Source of the DNA: a virus
Lineage: Duplodnaviria > Caudoviricetes
IMG/VR virus record: IMGVR_UViG_3300014656_005852
Location: 1 to 43,014 of that record
Reading direction: 5' to 3' (one strand)
DNA: 43,014 bases
Numbering within the stretch: the stretch's first letter is position 1; each line of letters begins with the position of its first letter. The notes under the pieces are model-generated. The model saw only the letters and a program-made list of their open reading frames with translations. It was not told where the DNA came from and did no database searches. The position numbers and the translations under genes are program-made. Positions 36,767 to 43,014 of the stretch are shown here, piece by piece.

Positions 36767-39012
36767 CCAGTTTAGGAAAATTAAATTTATTTTTGGAAGA
36801 ACAATCTCATGAAGGTCTTGTCCGTAGGAAAGTTAAAGTTCATCCTAAAGAAGGGAAAGAGTTCGAGAGAGAGCAGTGGGTGCGTCCTGAAGAGGTTACT
36901 CAAGAGGAAGCTCAAAAGGAGAAGCCTCAAGAGGAAGAGCCTTCTGTTGAAAAAATTAATTATGAGGAAGAGAAGAAAGTATTTGATAGAGACCTTGGTA
37001 CTCTAATACACAAAAAAGCAGAATATGAGTCACTTCCAAGTGAGTTTACTCCGCAGGCGACTTCTGTATTAAAAGATAATGCCGATAAACACTTGGAGCA
37101 GTATGAGAGATTTTTTGACGCTTCTACATTTAATAAAACACGGAGCATTGCCTATAGGCTAATAAATAATGGTGCTAAGGTAAAGGGAAAATTTTCTCCA
37201 TCTGACTTGCAGGAATTAGTTCATAGTTCTATTAACAAATTATTATACCAGGAAGCTAGAGCCTGGGAAAGACAGCTTAGTGACCATGGCATCAGGCACA
37301 TTTATGGGAATATTGACATGTCTAATAGAATAATGAACGCTATGGGAGAAGCTGGAATAAAAATTAGTGCCAAAGACAGATTCCTTTGCGATGTAGTAAT
37401 GGTTAATCACGATCTTGGATATACAGTAGGTTCAGCAGCAAAAACCGTTCCTGGAACAAAGCGGCATCCAAAGTTTAGCCAGGAATGGTTTGATAATGAA
37501 CGTGTCATATTTAAAAAGTATTTCTCTAATGAAGAACTCGATGAAATGTCAAATTTTATTGTAAACCATGGCCAGAGAGAGATAGATTGGGGGAATCGCC
37601 CTCTACTTTCTGCTATTTGTGTGTCTGATAATTTGTCAATATTCCATGAGGAGAAATTACCCTCGCTATTTAAATATGTTGATGGAAGTATTGATTCACT
37701 ATTTGCTATGCAGAAAGCACTTAGAGACAATGATGATAAAGCCTTTGATGAGGCTAAGAATGGCCTTGAGAAAAAAGTAGAGGATACCAAACTTCCTGAG
37801 TTTACCAAGTCCTGGTTAAAGAGGGCCGTTGTAGAGGTGTCTAAGTTCACCCCTAAATTTATTATACCGATGCTTATTGGTAAAATTCAAGGCTTTGATT
37901 TTAGCAGAGAAGAAGGTCTTGAGGTAGATATAAAGGAAGATCCATTTGATAGTCAGATGGCAGATTTCTTTGATATGGGGCAAAAGGCCTATACGAATTT
38001 GGCCGAAAGTTATGGTGTAGAACTTGCAGATAATGACAAGATAGACTTCAAGAAAGAAGGTAAAACTCTTCTTAGAGTGAGAATCTTCAGAAATCCTGTT
38101 ACAAAGTCACTCGAATTGTCTCTTGAGTTGGAGAAAGCCGATAGAGAAGGTTTAGTCCCCAAGAAAGTTACTGTGAAGGGAAAAAGGAAAACCTACCAAG
38201 CCACAAGATGGGTTAGACCTGTAGAAATAGCTTCTGTAAAGGATAGAAATTTTAAAGACTTGCTTGAACTTGACTATAATGAGCTTCTTAGTGGCAAGTC
38301 TAAGAAAGTTAAAGAAATTCTTAAGAATGCCACAGATTCTTTGCTTAAAGACAGGGAGAAAAATTTAGATAAAATATCTAATATGAGAGGACTTTCTATG
38401 ATTGATAGTTGGGCTAGAGGAACTCTTTTGGATATAGTGGGAATACGAATAATATTTGCTAAAATGAATGGGAAAGAGTTATCTAGAGACCAAGTAAAGT
38501 CCTTATTATCAGCAGTAGATCCAGAGAATAAATCGCCTGAGGATAAGACAGTGGATTTTCTAATGCATATAGGGGAACTTTCTTATACCAGTATCAAGGA
38601 CAATAAACCATCACTGGAGCCCTCTATAAAAGTGCTGCAGGCAGAGATGAAATATACACAAGATAGAACACGAGAGTTATTTGGAGATAAAATAGAAGTA
38701 TATCGAAAAATATATGGCCCTACTGCCACAAAGATTAAAGAAGCATTTAAAACAGCAGAGGAAATAGCTATGGACGAATTTCCTCTCTCCTCTTATTCAC
38801 AGGACTATATTGCGGCATGGGCATTTGCTAGAGACAAAGGAGACTCCATCTTAATTAGAAGAGCTGTGTCTGCCGGTGAAATATGCTTCAGCTGGTACGC
38901 CAACCCATCATTTCTCGATAATATGCCGGAGCAACGGGAAGTGGTAGTTACTTCAAGGACAGGGAGTTTTAAATTAAATAAAAAGGATGTGATAGAGTGG
39001 CAATCAACATAG
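36763..39012 (+). CDS. Two-module protein: motif + HD hydrolase, then motif + ADP-ribosyltransferase-like domain
   Basis: DHGIRH...NHDLGY...H...NH...D; C-terminal VYR...LSSYS...EQREV (R-S-E pattern); shared motif at about 36814 and 38149. Confidence 0.6.
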   Translation: MTSLGKLNLFLEEQSHEGLVRRKVKVHPKEGKEFEREQWVRPEEVTQEEAQKEKPQEEEPSVEKINYEEEKKVFDRDLGTLIHKKAEYESLPSEFTPQATSVLKDNADKHLEQYERFFDASTFNKTRSIAYRLINNGAKVKGKFSPSDLQELVHSSINKLLYQEARAWERQLSDHGIRHIYGNIDMSNRIMNAMGEAGIKISAKDRFLCDVVMVNHDLGYTVGSAAKTVPGTKRHPKFSQEWFDNERVIFKKYFSNEELDEMSNFIVNHGQREIDWGNRPLLSAICVSDNLSIFHEEKLPSLFKYVDGSIDSLFAMQKALRDNDDKAFDEAKNGLEKKVEDTKLPEFTKSWLKRAVVEVSKFTPKFIIPMLIGKIQGFDFSREEGLEVDIKEDPFDSQMADFFDMGQKAYTNLAESYGVELADNDKIDFKKEGKTLLRVRIFRNPVTKSLELSLELEKADREGLVPKKVTVKGKRKTYQATRWVRPVEIASVKDRNFKDLLELDYNELLSGKSKKVKEILKNATDSLLKDREKNLDKISNMRGLSMIDSWARGTLLDIVGIRIIFAKMNGKELSRDQVKSLLSAVDPENKSPEDKTVDFLMHIGELSYTSIKDNKPSLEPSIKVLQAEMKYTQDRTRELFGDKIEVYRKIYGPTATKIKEAFKTAEEIAMDEFPLSSYSQDYIAAWAFARDKGDSILIRRAVSAGEICFSWYANPSFLDNMPEQREVVVTSRTGSFKLNKKDVIEWQST

Positions 39013-39566
39013 ACTTAGAGAATCCTGATTGGATGGGAAAGATTAGAGCAGATTCACTTGCCGAACTTGAGGAGAAAGTAGAAAAGCAGCAAGCTACTTC
39101 TGCTATAGATAAAGACCTACATATTACGTTTCTAGGTGAAGATCCTACTAATTCTACATTGCTTCTTCAACATGTAGGATATAATATTATTGTTGACTGC
39201 AATAAATTCTTTAAGGATCAAATAGCCAATACTGGAGTGGCAAGTATTGATGTTGTAATTCTTACTAAAAGTGATGATGGTACTATAAGTGGATTGTCTG
39301 AATTAAGTGATTGGGCAAAAGACAAACAGGAGTCAATCGCAGTATGGGCAGAAATAGATATTAGTGGCAAGATTAAGAATCCATTTGTCGAAATAAGCAC
39401 GTTTGAGCTTGATAAGGAATTTAAGGTATTTGGTCTCTCTATTATTCCATTTAAAATAGAGGAGACATCTACCATTGGATTGAGAGTAGCTGATGCTTTG
39501 GTGTATGCCTTAGGCGCAGTGGAGCATTATGATACAATGGATAATGTGGATACGGTAATATTGTGA
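38997..39566 (+). CDS. Protein with a degenerate metallo-beta-lactamase fold
   Basis: HITFLG...STLLL...IIVDC...IDVVILTKSDDGTISGL; HxHxDH residues are replaced. Confidence 0.55.
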   Translation: MAINIDLENPDWMGKIRADSLAELEEKVEKQQATSAIDKDLHITFLGEDPTNSTLLLQHVGYNIIVDCNKFFKDQIANTGVASIDVVILTKSDDGTISGLSELSDWAKDKQESIAVWAEIDISGKIKNPFVEISTFELDKEFKVFGLSIIPFKIEETSTIGLRVADALVYALGAVEHYDTMDNVDTVIL

Positions 39567-39567
39567 G

Positions 39568-40491
39568 ATGACAAAAGTACTTGAATTAGCTACCTTTATT
39601 AAGAAGCAGAAAACTGGATTGGTCAAACGCCCTGTTAGAGTGAAGAGAGGTGGTAAAGAGTTTACTAGGCAGCAATGGGTTAGACCAGAGGAGTTGGAAT
39701 CGCAGAAAGTCTCAAAAGTAAAATCGATTGTGTCTAATACTTTGGATGATATTGTTAATAAATATATCAAAGATCATAAGAAGGAGTTCGATTCTGATCC
39801 TAGTCTCGAATATCATCAATTTATTGAAGATGTTAATTCGCAGGTATTTAAAAAAGTATTTGGTAAAGATTATAAAGATAAATTAGATGCTGCCCACAAT
39901 GTGTTTGGTGAATGGAAGCAATGGTCTTCAAGTGGAGGAGCTTGCCTTTTTAGACAGATAGTAGGCAAAATGGTTGGCAAAGAAAAGAAGTCTGAAATAG
40001 AGATAAATAATGTGGTAGAGCATGATGCTAAGGAGGCCCATCCCAGTGATACTAAGATGCAGAAAGAGTATGTTGAATTACTTAAACGAAGATATAATGC
40101 AGACAGAGAAGAATATGGTAGACATTTTGATGAGGCCCTGAGAGTATCTTCAGAGATGACTCAACAAGTGCTGAGGAAACAATTTGGAGATACTATCCGA
40201 GTATATAGAGGGACCACTGCTAATATGGCAAGAAGATTGGAAGATAAATTTGGAAAATTGGAAAAGGGGAAGAAGTATAGAGTAGATAATGGTATTTTAT
40301 CTTCATGGACGTTGAAGGATACTGTGGCAAATGGGAGGGCTCATATAAATGGAGGAATTGTTCTAGTTCAAGATATTCCTACCAGCTCTGTATTATATTC
40401 TGATAGGGTGAATTCTAGTAGTGGTTCTGGCCTTAGAAGTGAAGATGAGATAGTATTTTATAAAGAGAATCAAGAGGTGGAACTTGGTTAA
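39568..40491 (+). CDS. Motif + ADP-ribosyltransferase-like protein
   Basis: IRVYRG...LSSWT...A...A...SEDEIV (R-S-ExE). Confidence 0.65.
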   Translation: MTKVLELATFIKKQKTGLVKRPVRVKRGGKEFTRQQWVRPEELESQKVSKVKSIVSNTLDDIVNKYIKDHKKEFDSDPSLEYHQFIEDVNSQVFKKVFGKDYKDKLDAAHNVFGEWKQWSSSGGACLFRQIVGKMVGKEKKSEIEINNVVEHDAKEAHPSDTKMQKEYVELLKRRYNADREEYGRHFDEALRVSSEMTQQVLRKQFGDTIRVYRGTTANMARRLEDKFGKLEKGKKYRVDNGILSSWTLKDTVANGRAHINGGIVLVQDIPTSSVLYSDRVNSSSGSGLRSEDEIVFYKENQEVELG

Positions 40492-41215
40492 TTTAGATTT
40501 AGAGGAGCCTTTTTGGTTAAGAGATAGAGATACAGAAATTGTTAAGCAAGAGGAATCTCCTGCTATTGAGCTGTTGTCAAAACTAAAAAATATCAAGAAT
40601 TGTATTGTTGTCTTCGCAACTGATGACTATCGCGAAGATAATAGAAGGCTGAAACAAGAAGCAACCAATAGAAATATTGAAGTAGAGGTTACTTTGGCAT
40701 TTAAAGGATTAAAGACTGCCATTTATAGATCTGCACTAAAACTTGAAAAGAGTATAGAAACCTATAGGTCCGCAGAAAAGGTCTCAGAATCAATCGATTC
40801 GTTAAGTTTAGAGGCATTTAACAACATTTCCAAGGCATTTGAAGCATCTTTAGACAACGATGCAGACCTCCTAGAGAAAGAACTTATTGAAAAAGTAGTA
40901 TGGGTACATCCAGGAGGAGGGAGACAACCATTCCAGAGAAGGATGAAAGTAGATCCTGAGCATATGAGAGAGTTGGGAAAACTTGGCTTTGCGGCAACTT
41001 CAAAAAAGATTGTAGATATGATGGCAGACCCTCAAGCAAATCCGGATGACATTTATGGGATTGCTCGTTTCTTAGCTAGAAGAATTAAGAGTACTACACA
41101 TACATATAGAGCACAATGGTGGGGTGAATTCAGAAAGCATCTCAAGGCAGGCGAGAATAATGTAGTCGCTACTGCGGCTGCCAAAGCTTTCTTAGAGGAA
41201 TTAACATCAAGATGA
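40484..41215 (+). CDS. Hypothetical protein, probably virion-associated, with an internal motif variant
   Basis: LEKS/ISKA sites; 'EKVVWVHPGGGRQPFQRRMKVDP'. Confidence 0.55.
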   Translation: MVNLDLEEPFWLRDRDTEIVKQEESPAIELLSKLKNIKNCIVVFATDDYREDNRRLKQEATNRNIEVEVTLAFKGLKTAIYRSALKLEKSIETYRSAEKVSESIDSLSLEAFNNISKAFEASLDNDADLLEKELIEKVVWVHPGGGRQPFQRRMKVDPEHMRELGKLGFAATSKKIVDMMADPQANPDDIYGIARFLARRIKSTTHTYRAQWWGEFRKHLKAGENNVVATAAAKAFLEELTSR

Positions 41216-42783
41216 CAAGTAAATTATTAGAGCTTACAGAATATATTGAGAAGCAACGCAGAGCTGGGCTGGTGCCTAAGAAAGTGCTTGTGCACCCCAA
41301 AGAAGGCCAGCCATTTGAGAGGACTCAGATGGTTAGACCTGAGGAAGTAGAAATAGAGAAGAGAAAGATAAAGGTATTTATTCGGCCAGGAGAAACTTCT
41401 CCAAAAGGTGTGAAAATTATTGAAGACAATACTACTTGGAAAGATAGAAGATATTACGAGAAAGAAGGCACTACTGATATTGTAACTATACCCTCTGATA
41501 AAGATAGGATGAGTAAGAGAATTGAGATTCCAAGATTTGTATATGTAAATGTTGATCCTAAAAGATTTGATTATGAGGGCTCTGTTCCAGGTGAATGGTA
41601 TAAAAAAGTGGCAGAGGAAATAAAAGACAAATTTGTTGATGAAGGAGATCAAGAGTATAAATACAGATATGTGGTATTATCGGAAAAGCCTACAAGTAAA
41701 GATTCCTTGAAGATAGATTTATCTCATGTGGAGACTAATTATATCAGAGAGGTTAGTAAAGGCAAATTTGCTTATAAAAATGAATATCCTATTAGAAGAA
41801 GTGCTATTGTGGATGATACTTCGATTAGCGATAGATATTATCTTTCTAGATATGGAGGCCATTTATCTCAAAGATCTCCATATAGAGTGAGATTGCGTGA
41901 GGATGAGAAAGGTCCATATTATTCGAAGAGTGAGGTAGGAAGACATACGGTTGAAACAATGTACAAGCAATTTGAAGGTAAAACTCCTTCTGTGGTTGAA
42001 AGAACCGAAGCCAATAGAAAGAGACTGCTTGAATATATGAATCCAGAAGCTGTACGTAGATGGAAAGACTATGCCGAAGGGTTGGGAATTACTTCTGACG
42101 AGCTTAAGAAAAAGGTGGTTGATATTATTAAGCCACTAGTGGCAAAGGCAGATATCTGGATTAGAATGCCTAGTTCTAGGCTAAACAGTCTCTTGTCAGC
42201 AGGTAGATTTAAAAATATTTCAGAGCAGAAAATAAAAAGTCCCGGAAAGAACCCTGATATTTCTCTTAAGGAATATCAAAAAGATAGGAGTGTAGCAGAA
42301 AATGAACTTTTTGGATTATTACCTAATGTAGATAATGCTGATAGACCTATTTATGGATATCTTACCTCTAATAAAAATGGGTGGCTTCGTTCATATGATG
42401 AAGGCAAGAGTAAGCACGATTGGTTATCGGATTATGGAGATTGCAGAATAAAAATGAAGAATACTATCAGAGATAGATCCACATTTACAATGGGAGATAC
42501 TTTAGATGTTAATTCTGGCGGTAGAATTGCTTATGATGGAGCTAGAATAATTCCAAGCCCATTAAATAATATTCATGCTGAGGTAGAGTTAGGTAATAGC
42601 ATTACAATTGGTAAGAAGTATAAGTCAATAGAGGATGCCACAAGTATGTATTATAATGAAGTACATATTCACAATAAAGTTACTTTAGATGATATTGATA
42701 CAATTTATTTTAAAGATGAGCCGGATAATATTACAAAAGGTAAGCTTGTAAAAGCTGGAATTAAATTTGGAGTGTATAAATGA
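41212..42783 (+). CDS. Motif + DUF3626-like domain protein
   Basis: GRFKN..E, E..LFG, RPIYGYL, YG......K, RSTFTMGD, Y.EVHIH..VTLDDI. Confidence 0.65.
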   Translation: MTSKLLELTEYIEKQRRAGLVPKKVLVHPKEGQPFERTQMVRPEEVEIEKRKIKVFIRPGETSPKGVKIIEDNTTWKDRRYYEKEGTTDIVTIPSDKDRMSKRIEIPRFVYVNVDPKRFDYEGSVPGEWYKKVAEEIKDKFVDEGDQEYKYRYVVLSEKPTSKDSLKIDLSHVETNYIREVSKGKFAYKNEYPIRRSAIVDDTSISDRYYLSRYGGHLSQRSPYRVRLREDEKGPYYSKSEVGRHTVETMYKQFEGKTPSVVERTEANRKRLLEYMNPEAVRRWKDYAEGLGITSDELKKKVVDIIKPLVAKADIWIRMPSSRLNSLLSAGRFKNISEQKIKSPGKNPDISLKEYQKDRSVAENELFGLLPNVDNADRPIYGYLTSNKNGWLRSYDEGKSKHDWLSDYGDCRIKMKNTIRDRSTFTMGDTLDVNSGGRIAYDGARIIPSPLNNIHAEVELGNSITIGKKYKSIEDATSMYYNEVHIHNKVTLDDIDTIYFKDEPDNITKGKLVKAGIKFGVYK

Positions 42784-43014
42784 AAGCTATAGCCAAGGCA
42801 GATAAGTTAATTCTCTATGAGACAGAAGATAATAAAGGCTATTGCGTTAATACCGATACAGGCCTAAAATCTCCTGAGAAATATATTGTGTCGCTACTGT
42901 CATTGTCAGATGAATGGGAGCCTTTTGAGGAGAGTATAGAAAAAGCTCATCAGGCTAATCCACCTTTTCCAGGCGGTGTATTTGATGAACGCAAGCATAG
43001 ATGGGTACAACCAG
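42780..43014 (+). CDS. Partial ORF running off the window end (absent from the ORF track)
   Basis: MKAIAKADKLILYETEDNKGYCVNTDTGLKSPEKYIVSLLSLSDEWEPFEESIEKAHQANPPFPGGVFDERKHRWVQP; ATGA overlap with the upstream stop. Confidence 0.75.
   Translation, partial: MKAIAKADKLILYETEDNKGYCVNTDTGLKSPEKYIVSLLSLSDEWEPFEESIEKAHQANPPFPGGVFDERKHRWVQP

Larger units (their letters stand above)
28959..41346 (+). repeat. Dispersed ~25-codon repeat (about 28959, 36814, 38149, 39616, 41266; variant at 40890)
   Basis: LVPKKITVHPKEGKPFERIQMVRP / LVRRKVKVHPKEGKEFEREQWVRP / LVPKKVTVKGKRKTYQATRWVRP / LVKRPVRVKRGGKEFTRQQWVRP / LVPKKVLVHPKEGQPFERTQMVRP. Confidence 0.9.

Noticed and set aside
801-41652. Many short minus-strand ORFs and nested plus-strand ORFs in the track
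   Set aside because: They lie within motif-supported + strand genes and have no recognisable motifs; treated as shadow ORFs
1-43014. tRNA, rRNA, group I/II introns, integrase or transposase
   Set aside because: Intergenic gaps are short with no cloverleaf seen; insertions in genes are in-frame inteins; no recombinase or transposase motifs recognised

Overview
A 43-kb segment of a large tailed dsDNA bacteriophage. It is AT-rich, essentially every credible gene is on the + strand, and it uses the standard genetic code with GGAG-type ribosome-binding sites. The order is: (1) replication genes (HTH, DnaG-like primase, SSB-like protein); (2) a translationally coupled nucleotide-modification-like operon (deoxyribosyltransferase/hydrolase, ASCH, HD nucleotidase, SAM methyltransferase, dNMP kinase, class III aminotransferase, SDR); (3) intein-bearing DnaE, a divergent ThyX, family-4 UDG, dCMP deaminase, RecA, a Cas4/RecB-like nuclease and RuvC; (4) small accessory genes, a vWA protein and a class II RNR with two inteins; (5) terminase, portal and an intein-bearing MuF head protein; (6) an array of large genes that share a short 'LV.KKV.V...G..F.R.QWVRP' motif fused to different predicted ADP-ribosyltransferase-like or HD domains. 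Four DNA methyltransferases are scattered through the window. The three most interesting observations are the motif-tagged effector array (candidate virion-delivered polymorphic toxin system), the putative new DNA base-modification pathway, and an in-frame CTT-TGA-CTT in dnaE whose ribosomal hop would restore the YSLLD consensus exactly. All calls come from motif reading by eye; no database searches were run.
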